DNA of 64,000 bases, from the sequence record SRR20825010_6182. One strand, written 5' to 3'. This document shows, in pieces, positions 53,180 through 62,152 of this stretch (positions within the stretch are counted from its first letter, which is position 1; each line of letters starts with the position of its first letter). Under the pieces are notes generated by a model. The model was not told the origin of the DNA, searched no databases, and worked only from the letters and a program-made list of their open reading frames with translations. The position numbers and the translations under genes were made by a program.

Positions 53180-53980
53180 ATGAAAGAAATAGATCTAAAA
53201 GGGAAAAAGGTTTTGGTAACTGGAGGAAGCAATGGGATCGGAGCAGAAATTTGTAAGCAATTTGCTAGCTGTGGTGCGGATGTTTTTATCAATTATTATA
53301 AGAACAAGGAAAATGCAGAAATTCTAGCCAGTGAAATACGTGAAGCCCATGGGGTAAAAGTAAGCTGTTATGGGGCGGATGTTTCCAATGGTGCTGAGGT
53401 AGAAAAATTATTCCAACAAATGGACGTGGACATGGGCTCTATTGATGTTTTGGTTAATAATGCAGGTTGTGAGACCGTAGAACATGTTTTAGATATGGAA
53501 GAAAGCGAATGGGATAGGGTCCTTAACGTTAATTTGAAAGGCCCTTTCCTCTGTTCACAACAAGCTGCCAGGAGAATGGAAAACATGGGTGGTGGGGTAA
53601 TTATCAACATCTCTTCCATTCATGATACCGTACCAAGAAAAGGGTTAATACATTACTGTTCTGCCAAAGCTGGACTTAAAATGTTTTCTAAATGTCTGTC
53701 TTTGGAACTAGCGGACAAAGGGGTTAGGGTAGTCTCCGTTGCACCGGGTGCAATTGAAACCAATATGAACAGGGAGGAGATAAAGAAATTTGGTAAGGAC
53801 AAGTTTGAACAGTGGATTCCGCAGGGGCGTATAGGAGAGGTATCGGACGTAGCAAATACCGTTGTTTTTATGGCCAGCGATTTGGCTAATTATATCAATG
53901 GAGCGGATATTTATATTGACGGGGCATATATGAACCATACTATACAATATGATCCCAGACCTAAAAGAGAAAACAAGTAA
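53180..53980 (+). CDS. SDR oxidoreductase, glucose 1-dehydrogenase-like
   Basis: TGGSNGIG, INYY, NNAG, SSIH, YCSAK, PGAIET, IPQGRIG. Confidence 0.88.
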   Translation: MKEIDLKGKKVLVTGGSNGIGAEICKQFASCGADVFINYYKNKENAEILASEIREAHGVKVSCYGADVSNGAEVEKLFQQMDVDMGSIDVLVNNAGCETVEHVLDMEESEWDRVLNVNLKGPFLCSQQAARRMENMGGGVIINISSIHDTVPRKGLIHYCSAKAGLKMFSKCLSLELADKGVRVVSVAPGAIETNMNREEIKKFGKDKFEQWIPQGRIGEVSDVANTVVFMASDLANYINGADIYIDGAYMNHTIQYDPRPKRENK

Positions 53981-53995
53981 CCCAATAATTATATC

Positions 53996-55141
53996 TTGAA
54001 AAAAATCACATTAAAAGGCATTGCTTGGGACCATCCCAGAGGTTATCAACCTCTTAGAGCGACCTCTGAGACATTTAAGCAATTACATCCTGAGGTAGAT
54101 ATTCTGTGGGATATCCGTTCCCTTAAAGAGTTTGGGGACATGCCAATAGAGGATCTGATTGAAGTCTATGATCTAATAACTATTGATCATCCTTATATGG
54201 GGCAAGCCAATGCCAACAATCTGCTGTTACCTTTAGACAAATTGATTCCGAGGCATAGCTTGGAGAAATTGAAGGAGGAGTCCGTAGGTCCCAGTTACCA
54301 AAGTTATTATTATAATGGCAATCTTTATGCTATAGCTGTAGATGCTGCGGCCTTGGTTGCTGCATATAGGGAAGATCTAATTTTAAAATTAGGTCTAAAT
54401 GTTCCTAAAACTAGAGCGGAACTATTGGATTTCTATAAAAAAACACCGAGTTCCCACATGGTAGCATGGCCCTTATGTGCCACCGATCTTTGGTGCACTT
54501 TCCTAACCTTATGCGCGCAGGATGGTGGTAGGGATTTTATAAAGGATAAAACAATCGAAAATCGTTTAGGTATACAAGTCCTGGATGAATTAAAAATACA
54601 CTTGGAATACCTTCATCACGAATCCATAAATTGGAATCCTATCCAGATCTTAAACCGTATGGCTGAGGAGAATGAGATACTCTATTCCCCATTTTTATTC
54701 GGTTATACCAATTATTCCAGATTGGGATATGCTAAAAACCTCGTGAAGTTTGGGAATAGCCCAACAAATCCTAATATCGAAGTTTCTACTATATTGGGTG
54801 GGGTGGGCCTTGCCATATCTGCGCATAGTGAGCATCAGGATATGGCAGCAGCCTATATAAATTATGTGGCAAAGGCAGAGACCCAAGAGGGGATTTATAC
54901 CAAAAATGGAGGTCAACCAGGGAATCTTAAAGCATGGCAAAATCAGGGGAACAATACGTTATGTAACAATTTTTTTGCCTCAACCATAGACACCATGAAT
55001 AAAGCGTATGTGCGTCCCCAACACAAGGGATGGAACAAATTCCAGGAACAAGGTGCAGATCTATTGCATAACGGTCTTGTAAAGAACATTCCTTCGGATA
55101 CCATAATGAAAAAATTAAATCAGTTATACCAATCTATTTGA
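53996..55141 (+). CDS. Solute-binding-protein-fold protein without a signal peptide (TTG start)
   Basis: LKGIAWDHPRG, YDLITIDHP, YAIAVDAAA, LGGVGLAIS resemble carbohydrate SBP family 1; no hydrophobic N-terminus. Confidence 0.72.
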   Translation: MKKITLKGIAWDHPRGYQPLRATSETFKQLHPEVDILWDIRSLKEFGDMPIEDLIEVYDLITIDHPYMGQANANNLLLPLDKLIPRHSLEKLKEESVGPSYQSYYYNGNLYAIAVDAAALVAAYREDLILKLGLNVPKTRAELLDFYKKTPSSHMVAWPLCATDLWCTFLTLCAQDGGRDFIKDKTIENRLGIQVLDELKIHLEYLHHESINWNPIQILNRMAEENEILYSPFLFGYTNYSRLGYAKNLVKFGNSPTNPNIEVSTILGGVGLAISAHSEHQDMAAAYINYVAKAETQEGIYTKNGGQPGNLKAWQNQGNNTLCNNFFASTIDTMNKAYVRPQHKGWNKFQEQGADLLHNGLVKNIPSDTIMKKLNQLYQSI

Positions 55142-55142
55142 A

Positions 55143-55910
55143 ATGGATAGTAAGTACAAAAATATAAATCTAAATATAGACAACAAGGTTGCTGTACTAA
55201 AGTTTAACAGGCCAGACCAGCTAAATGCCATGAACAGGCAAATGATGGATGAAATTATTGATGGTATTGTAACTATCAATAATAATGAGGATGTTAAAGT
55301 GGCCGTTATCACTGGGAGGGGACGTGCTTTTATGGCTGGTGCGGACATTAAGGAGTATGGAAGTCAAACCGCAGAGCAGTTTAGATCGTTTCAAGAAAGG
55401 GGCATAGCCTTGTATGAGGCCATTGAAAATGCTCCCAAGCCGTGGATAGCGGCAGTGAACGGATTTGCATTGGGAGGCGGTTTTGAAATTGCGCTTGCCT
55501 GTGATTTGATTTTGGCCAGTGAAAACGCCAAGATGGGGCTGCCAGAAGTATTTTTAAGTTTGATTCCCGGGGGAGGGGGTACCCAACGACTTATTCAAAA
55601 GATAGGCGTAAACCGTGTAAGGGAAATGTTATTTTTGGGAGGGCAATATTCATCCGAACAACTTCACGCATGGGGAATCGTAAACCAGATTGTGCCTGAC
55701 GGGGAATTTGATGAAACCATATGGCTATATGCGGAGAAACTAAGCCGTAGATCACCTAGTGCCATCAAACAACTGAAAAAATTGGTTCAATTAAGTCTTA
55801 CATCCTTGTCTTTTGATCAAAAAATACAGGAGGAAGCCAAGACCGTAACCAAACTTTTTTACAGCCCTGAGGCAAAAAAAGCTATACAAGACTTTATTGA
55901 AAAAACATGA
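55143..55910 (+). CDS. Enoyl-CoA hydratase/isomerase (crotonase)
   Basis: NRPDQLNA, FMAGADI, GGGFE, PEVFLSLIPGGGG; both catalytic Glu present. Confidence 0.93.
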   Translation: MDSKYKNINLNIDNKVAVLKFNRPDQLNAMNRQMMDEIIDGIVTINNNEDVKVAVITGRGRAFMAGADIKEYGSQTAEQFRSFQERGIALYEAIENAPKPWIAAVNGFALGGGFEIALACDLILASENAKMGLPEVFLSLIPGGGGTQRLIQKIGVNRVREMLFLGGQYSSEQLHAWGIVNQIVPDGEFDETIWLYAEKLSRRSPSAIKQLKKLVQLSLTSLSFDQKIQEEAKTVTKLFYSPEAKKAIQDFIEKT

Positions 55911-56962
55911 AAGCTGCACTTTTGATTTTATTTATAGGAAGTTATACGGAATATCCGATACCTGGTTTTGGAGGTATAGGCCATGGAATATATACCGTTC
56001 AATTGAATACCGAAACCGGTGAGTTGACAACTTTACATACCATGATGGCACGTAACCCCAGTTATTTGGTGGTTAGTGATGACAATCAGTTTTTGTACTG
56101 CGTTAACGAATTGGACGAAAGCGAAAACCCTAAAGTAGGGGCTTATAAAATCAATGCTGATTATTCGTTGCAATTTTTGAACGAACAACCCATAGCCGGG
56201 GGGTATCCATGCCATATCAAAACCTTTGGCAATAATGTATTGGTGGCCTGTTATGCAACAGGGAATATTCATCAGTTTCCAGTTGAAGCCTCAGGGAAAT
56301 TAGGCCCCGCGGTACAACAATATAGCCATGTCGGAAGTAGCGTTAATAGCGACCGTCAAGAAGCGCCTCATGCACACCAGATTGCCGTACATCCCAATGG
56401 CAGGGATGTTTATGTATGTGACCTAGGAATAGATATTATCAAAGCCTACCATTTTAAAGGAAAGAACTTGGTGCCAAATGATATAAAGGATTGTAAAATA
56501 TCAAAAGGAAGTGGCCCACGTCATATGGTTTTTGATGCCGCCGGAAATTTGGGATATGTAAACAATGAGTTGACAGGTACCGTTTCCGTTTTGAAACGTA
56601 AAGAAGGCTCTTTTGATGAAGAAGAAATCTATTCGGCCTTGCCCAATGATTTTACGGGGGTGCCAAGTGGATCGGCCATACGTATCCACCCTAATGGTCA
56701 ATTCCTATACGTCGCCAATAGGAAATTGGAGGCAATAAGCATTTTCAGAATATATAAGGACAAACTTGAACCAATAGAATATCAGTATACCAAGGGTGAG
56801 GAATTACGGGAATTTAACATTACCCCGGATGGAAATTGGTTAATTGCTTGCCATCAGAACTCCCATGACACAGTGGTATACCAAATAAAAAGTGACGGAA
56901 GATTACAGGAACGTTATCGCACTAAGGAAATATTGTCCCCGGTCTGCGTTGTTTTTAATTAA
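55907..56962 (+). CDS. Lactonase, 7-bladed propeller (Pgl/YbhE family)
   Basis: IGSYT, NPSYL, RQEAPHAH, GSGPRH, FLYVANR; ATGA overlap with the crotonase gene. Confidence 0.92.
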   Translation: MKAALLILFIGSYTEYPIPGFGGIGHGIYTVQLNTETGELTTLHTMMARNPSYLVVSDDNQFLYCVNELDESENPKVGAYKINADYSLQFLNEQPIAGGYPCHIKTFGNNVLVACYATGNIHQFPVEASGKLGPAVQQYSHVGSSVNSDRQEAPHAHQIAVHPNGRDVYVCDLGIDIIKAYHFKGKNLVPNDIKDCKISKGSGPRHMVFDAAGNLGYVNNELTGTVSVLKRKEGSFDEEEIYSALPNDFTGVPSGSAIRIHPNGQFLYVANRKLEAISIFRIYKDKLEPIEYQYTKGEELREFNITPDGNWLIACHQNSHDTVVYQIKSDGRLQERYRTKEILSPVCVVFN

Positions 56963-56968
56963 TAGGTT

Positions 56969-56988
56969 TAACTAAACCGATTTAGAAA
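56969..56988. promoter_or_regulatory. Putative LacI operator TAACTAAACCGATTTAGAAA
   Basis: Fifth copy, in the 52-bp gap before the CoA-transferase gene. Confidence 0.8.
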
Positions 56989-57014
56989 AATATAAATACT
57001 TATAAATAAGGATA

Positions 57015-58187
57015 ATGAGCAATAACAGTAATCAAAATGTAGGTCCATTGAAAGGATTGGTCGTGGCCGATTTTACACAATTGGCTCAAGGACCTTGGGC
57101 AACGCAGATGTTGGGAGATATGGGGGCGGATATCATTAAGATAGAACCGGAAAAAGGAGATTGGATGCGGCACTATGCATATGGGAACCTTTACCCCAAC
57201 GGTGAAAGCATTTCATTCGTTAGTTTCAATAGAAATAAACGCAGTATTGCTTTAAACTTAAAAGATCCAGAAGGGGTAAAAATAGCTATGTCAATTATTT
57301 CTAAGGCTGATATTCTTGTTGAGAATTTTCGCCCCGGAATTATGGACAGGTTGGGTCTTGGGTATGAGGAAATTAAAAAAACAAACCCCAAATTGGTGTA
57401 TTGTTCAAGTTCTGGTTATGGATCTTCGGGGCCATATTTACATAGGGCAGGGCAAGATTTGTTGGCACAATCCATAGGTGGCGGTTCGGCTCTAAATGGG
57501 AAAAAGGGAGATATGCCTGTGGTTACTGCCGTTGGACAGGCCGATTTATTGACCAGTTTATTTATAAATCAGGCAATAATGGCTGCCCTTTACTCTAGGT
57601 CAAAAACGGGAAAAGGCCAAAAGATCGAGGCGAACTTGCTGAACTCTGTGGTAGGCTTCCATATACAGGAAATTACGGCATACCTGCACAAAGGGGCAAA
57701 CCCGGAACGCAGTGAAAGTGGTATCCCGAATCCCTGGTTGGGAGCACCATATGGGCTCTACAATACCAGTGATGGATATATCGCCATCGGTATGAACTCC
57801 GTACAAAAATTGGCTCAGGTCATTGGCTTGGAAAAATATGATTCAGAAGTTTATGCTTCCAATAACATAATAGAAAGTAGGGATGAAATTCGATTTGACT
57901 TCGATGCTGTTTTTCAATCTAAAGCGACCGAGGAATGGTTGGCCCTGCTGCTGGAACATGATATTTGGTGCTCCCAAGTCAATAGCTTCGATGAAATGGT
58001 CAATGACCCTCAGATAAAACATAATGAAATGATCATAGAAATTGAGCACCCAACAATTGGCAAGGTTAAGACTACCGGTTTCCCCGTATGGTTCAGTGAC
58101 ACCCCACAAAAAATATACAAGTCGGCACCCTTGCTAAATGAACATGCCGATGAAATACTCAGGGAATTCTGCGATTTTAACGAATAA
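57015..58187 (+). CDS. CaiB/BaiF family III CoA-transferase
   Basis: GPWATQMLGDMGADIIKIE, NRNKRSIALNLK, ENFRPG, candidate catalytic Asp in GQADL, APLLNEH. Confidence 0.93.
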   Translation: MSNNSNQNVGPLKGLVVADFTQLAQGPWATQMLGDMGADIIKIEPEKGDWMRHYAYGNLYPNGESISFVSFNRNKRSIALNLKDPEGVKIAMSIISKADILVENFRPGIMDRLGLGYEEIKKTNPKLVYCSSSGYGSSGPYLHRAGQDLLAQSIGGGSALNGKKGDMPVVTAVGQADLLTSLFINQAIMAALYSRSKTGKGQKIEANLLNSVVGFHIQEITAYLHKGANPERSESGIPNPWLGAPYGLYNTSDGYIAIGMNSVQKLAQVIGLEKYDSEVYASNNIIESRDEIRFDFDAVFQSKATEEWLALLLEHDIWCSQVNSFDEMVNDPQIKHNEMIIEIEHPTIGKVKTTGFPVWFSDTPQKIYKSAPLLNEHADEILREFCDFNE

Positions 58188-58222
58188 GGAATAAATACAT
58201 AAACAACTAAAGTGACATAGCT

Positions 58223-59284
58223 ATGAAATTAGGATTTGGTCTGTACAGACATATGTTGAACACCGAGCACTATAATTTTGCCAAACAATGTGGCGCCACA
58301 CATCTAGTAATTCATTTGGTGGACTACTTTGGCCATAACAAGGACAATGCAGACCAGCCTATTGGGGGGAAGGAAGGTTGGGGACATGCAGGGGACCCAA
58401 ATAAAATTTGGTCCTTGGAGGAGCTTTTGGTCATAAAGAAGGAAATAAATGATCATGGATTGGAACTTGAGGCCATTGAGAATTTTGATCCGGCACATTG
58501 GCATGATATTTTGTTGGATGGCCCGAAGAAAGAAACTCAAATAGAAAATCTAAAAGAACTAATTCGCAATGTCGGTAAAGCAGGTATCCCAGTATTCGGG
58601 TATAATTTTTCTTTAGCGGGGGTATCTTCAAGAGAAATTGGTCCTTATGCTAGAGGTGGGGCTTTATCTGTGGGAATGTCAAAAGGAGATGAAACGCCAA
58701 TTCCAAATGGAATGGTGTGGAATATGGTTTATGATGAAAATGCTCCTGAAGGTGTTTTGCCTAAAATAGAGCACGACGAACTATGGCAACGGTTACAATA
58801 TTTTTTAAATGAATTGATTCCTGTTGCTGAAGAAGCCGGAGTGAAATTGGCCGCGCATCCGGATGATCCACCAATGCCATACATTAGAAATACACCAAGA
58901 TTGGTATATCAACCGGATATGTATCAAAAATTGATAGATATGAAACCGAGTCCTTCAAATAATTTAGAATTCTGTTTGGGTTCTATTGCCGAAATGACCG
59001 AAGGAGATGTATATGAGGCCACCGATACCTATAGTAAACAGGGAAAAATCAGCTATATCCATTTTAGAAATGTGGTTGGAAAAGTTCCAACATATAAAGA
59101 AGTCTTTGTAGACGAAGGGGATATAGATATGTTCAAAATTCTTAGAATTCTTAAGAAGAACAATTTTGATGGGGTGCTGATTCCCGACCATACCCCCCAG
59201 ATGAGTTGTGACGGTTCATGGTATGCCGGAATGGCTTATGCTATGGGATATATGAAAGCAGGATTAAAAGCAATAAATGAATAA
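58223..59284 (+). CDS. uxuA: Mannonate dehydratase family (UxuA-like)
   Basis: YNF, LWQRLQYFL, HPDDPP, FCLGS, IHFRNV, PDHTP. Confidence 0.88.
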   Translation: MKLGFGLYRHMLNTEHYNFAKQCGATHLVIHLVDYFGHNKDNADQPIGGKEGWGHAGDPNKIWSLEELLVIKKEINDHGLELEAIENFDPAHWHDILLDGPKKETQIENLKELIRNVGKAGIPVFGYNFSLAGVSSREIGPYARGGALSVGMSKGDETPIPNGMVWNMVYDENAPEGVLPKIEHDELWQRLQYFLNELIPVAEEAGVKLAAHPDDPPMPYIRNTPRLVYQPDMYQKLIDMKPSPSNNLEFCLGSIAEMTEGDVYEATDTYSKQGKISYIHFRNVVGKVPTYKEVFVDEGDIDMFKILRILKKNNFDGVLIPDHTPQMSCDGSWYAGMAYAMGYMKAGLKAINE

Positions 59285-59349
59285 GTAAAGCATTGCCAAT
59301 ATGGGTCAATGGATAATGATAGTTAGTTCAGTTAGATTTTTTTTTAGAT

Positions 59350-59385
59350 GAAGGGTGCACCATGAATTACGGGTGCACTCTTTTC
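59350..59385 (+). terminator. Intrinsic terminator-like hairpin after uxuA
   Basis: AAGGGTGCACC...GGTGCACTCTTTT. Confidence 0.7.
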
Positions 59386-59440
59386 AAGAAAAGGATTTTC
59401 CATTACCGGATTTGACCACTTTTATATAATAAAGACAATT

Positions 59441-62143
59441 ATGACAAGGAAAATTTATCAGATTGTAATAATAATTTCAATTCTTCTTATTAACCAATTA
59501 AGAGGGCAAAAAAAATTTAATAGTGATCGGGAAACCTATGATTTGCTGAAATCATTGTCCAATTCCAAGCTGGGAAGTGGAAATGTGCTTTTATTTACAA
59601 CCACACACGAAGATATTGCATGGTTGAACGAGCCCGAAATTTGTAAGATTGATAGGGACAAATTATGGTTAACACCATATATGGATCGATTGAAGTCAGA
59701 ATCCGACTTTAAAATGGACATAGAGCAGTCTTCTATAGTCATGGAGTATTTACACAGACACCCAGAGGAGAAGGAAAACTTCATCAAGTTTGTTAAAGAA
59801 GGACGGATCTGTATAGGGGGTGCATATGTACAAACTTATGAAGGCATGTATTCCGGAGAATCCTTGGCTAGGCAATTTTATTTCGGTAAAAAATGGTTGC
59901 AAGATAATCTAGATGGGTATCAGACCAACGTGTACTTCAATAACGATGTGCCGTCCAGGACTATGCAAATGCCACAATTGGCCAGTAAGGCAGGAGTCAA
60001 TAATTTTGTTTTTGCCAGACACATAAAAGGATTGTTCTATTGGGAATCTCCAGACGGATCTAAGGTGCGATGTTACAGTCCAGGAAACCACTATATGGAA
60101 TTCTACAATCTATTGGGGCAAAAGGATTCGGTTGCAATAAAAACCATGGCGAAAGAAGCGGTAGACTGGTATACTATTTATAATAATACATCCTTAAGTA
60201 ATACGGTAATGCCCGCTATGTTGAATTATGAGTTTATTTGGCCCCAAGAACCAGTGAAGAATTCCGTTCCCTTTATGAATAAATGGAATTCTATAACACA
60301 AATCGAGTTAGATGGCAAAAATCGTATTAATGTAAATCTACCTAAGTTCAGGTATGCTACAGCAGACGAGTTTTTTGAAAGCGTAGTGGCAACTACATCA
60401 ATAGGAAAAACTATAAAGGGTGAACGTCCAAATACTTGGGTCTATATACATGGAGCTGGACACCAAAAGGCGCTAAGAGCAAGTCGGGAAGGCGATATTT
60501 TAATGACCAAGGCAGAAAAGTTTGCTACGGCCAATGCACTTATTGATGGTTCGTTCAACAAATATCCGGGACGGGAACTTTACGATGCTTGGGAGTCTAA
60601 GATTTATCCAGACCATGGCTGGGGAGGTAAGGGAGGCGATGTTACCGACAACCTGTTTCTACAAAAGTTTCTATTCGCCAAATCCGTGGCTGAAAAGATA
60701 TTGGATGAATCTCTAGAAGCCATTGCGGGAAAGATTTCGTTCAAAAAAGAAAATGGCTCACCAATTGTTGTTTTTAATAGTTTAAGTTGGGAGCGTTCAG
60801 ATCCAGTTAATTTTAAAATTAATTTTCAATCCAAGGATGCAAAGAACTTTCAGTTGTTAACTGAAGAAGGCGGAAATGTACCAGTACAATTATCGGAATT
60901 GACTTATTATCCTAATGGATTCATACAATCCGCCAAGGTGAATTTTGTGGCTAATAATCTTCCTTCTATTGGGTATAGAACATTCTACTTAAAATCATCC
61001 GATGAGGTAGAAAAGAACATGGTAGCTAATAATACTGGCACCTTTGAAAATGCCTATTACAAAGTAAAGTTTGGTGACGGAGGTTTAGAGAGTATTTATG
61101 ATAAAGATTTGCAAAAGGAACTGATTGACGCCAAAAGCTTTAAGGCCGGTGAAATCTTTGCGATGAATTCAGAAGGTAATGGTGCTGGAGAATTTGCTGA
61201 AGTTCAGCAACCAGATGTCAGCTTTTTTGACAGACTTGCCAGTAGTACAACCAAATGGCAGTTGGAGGATGATGGCCCGATATATACTAGTTATAAAATG
61301 AGGCAGAAGATGAAGGAAGCTGTTGTTGAATTGAAAATTACGTTTTATAATTCAACAAAGAAAATAGATTTCGATGTTGATCTATTGAACTGGGACGGTA
61401 TTATTTACAGGGAATTTCGAATGGCCTTGCCATTGAATATGCAGAATGGGGAAGTTACTTATGAAGTTCCATTTGGGGCAGTCACTGTTGGTAAGGATGA
61501 ATTAAGAGGTACTGGAGGGGATTTTTATAATACACCGGTACGTGAAATTCATCCAAGAGAAATTGAAAACTGGATATCTGCAAGTAATTCAGAATTTGGG
61601 GTAACATTGAGTTCTAGTGTTGTAACCGCTGATTGGATAAATCCAATAGATTCTTTAAGTACACGGACTATTTTACAACCCATACTTTTGGCTTCGCGTA
61701 AAAGCTGTCATTGGGAGGGTAATAATTATCATCAAACTGGCGATCATCATTTCAATTTTAGCATAACCTCACATTCTAGTGGATGGAAAAATGGGCAAAG
61801 ATTTGGAAAACAATCAAATGAAAAACCAAATGTTGTGGTTCATCCGCACTCTTATAGTCAAACTTCATTACCTGATAAATTGAGTTTTTTCAGTGTAGAT
61901 AAGGAGAATGTGGTTATTTCTACTGTGAAGAAGGCAGAAGATGATCAAGATGTAATTATAAGGGCGTACGAAACAGATGGGGATGATGTTGATGCAGCTA
62001 TTTCCATGTTCAAACCTATCACAAAGGCGTATTTGACCACCTTGATAGAACAGCCTATTTGGGAAATTAATAATGATAAACAAAAAATTGAACTGAACCT
62101 AGGTCACAATTCCATTGAAACGATAAAAATTGAGCAATATTAA
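59441..62143 (+). CDS. GH38-like enzyme
   Basis: Signal peptide; THEDIAW, FNNDVPS, WESPDGS, YPDHGWGG, VKKAED. Confidence 0.85.
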   Translation: MTRKIYQIVIIISILLINQLRGQKKFNSDRETYDLLKSLSNSKLGSGNVLLFTTTHEDIAWLNEPEICKIDRDKLWLTPYMDRLKSESDFKMDIEQSSIVMEYLHRHPEEKENFIKFVKEGRICIGGAYVQTYEGMYSGESLARQFYFGKKWLQDNLDGYQTNVYFNNDVPSRTMQMPQLASKAGVNNFVFARHIKGLFYWESPDGSKVRCYSPGNHYMEFYNLLGQKDSVAIKTMAKEAVDWYTIYNNTSLSNTVMPAMLNYEFIWPQEPVKNSVPFMNKWNSITQIELDGKNRINVNLPKFRYATADEFFESVVATTSIGKTIKGERPNTWVYIHGAGHQKALRASREGDILMTKAEKFATANALIDGSFNKYPGRELYDAWESKIYPDHGWGGKGGDVTDNLFLQKFLFAKSVAEKILDESLEAIAGKISFKKENGSPIVVFNSLSWERSDPVNFKINFQSKDAKNFQLLTEEGGNVPVQLSELTYYPNGFIQSAKVNFVANNLPSIGYRTFYLKSSDEVEKNMVANNTGTFENAYYKVKFGDGGLESIYDKDLQKELIDAKSFKAGEIFAMNSEGNGAGEFAEVQQPDVSFFDRLASSTTKWQLEDDGPIYTSYKMRQKMKEAVVELKITFYNSTKKIDFDVDLLNWDGIIYREFRMALPLNMQNGEVTYEVPFGAVTVGKDELRGTGGDFYNTPVREIHPREIENWISASNSEFGVTLSSSVVTADWINPIDSLSTRTILQPILLASRKSCHWEGNNYHQTGDHHFNFSITSHSSGWKNGQRFGKQSNEKPNVVVHPHSYSQTSLPDKLSFFSVDKENVVISTVKKAEDDQDVIIRAYETDGDDVDAAISMFKPITKAYLTTLIEQPIWEINNDKQKIELNLGHNSIETIKIEQY

Positions 62144-62152
62144 GTCTATAAA

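Noticed and set aside
37122-56988. TAACTAAACCGATTTAGTTA copies as CRISPR or REP repeats
   Set aside because: They are kilobases apart with no spacer periodicity and no cas genes. Their positions upstream of genes fit operators.
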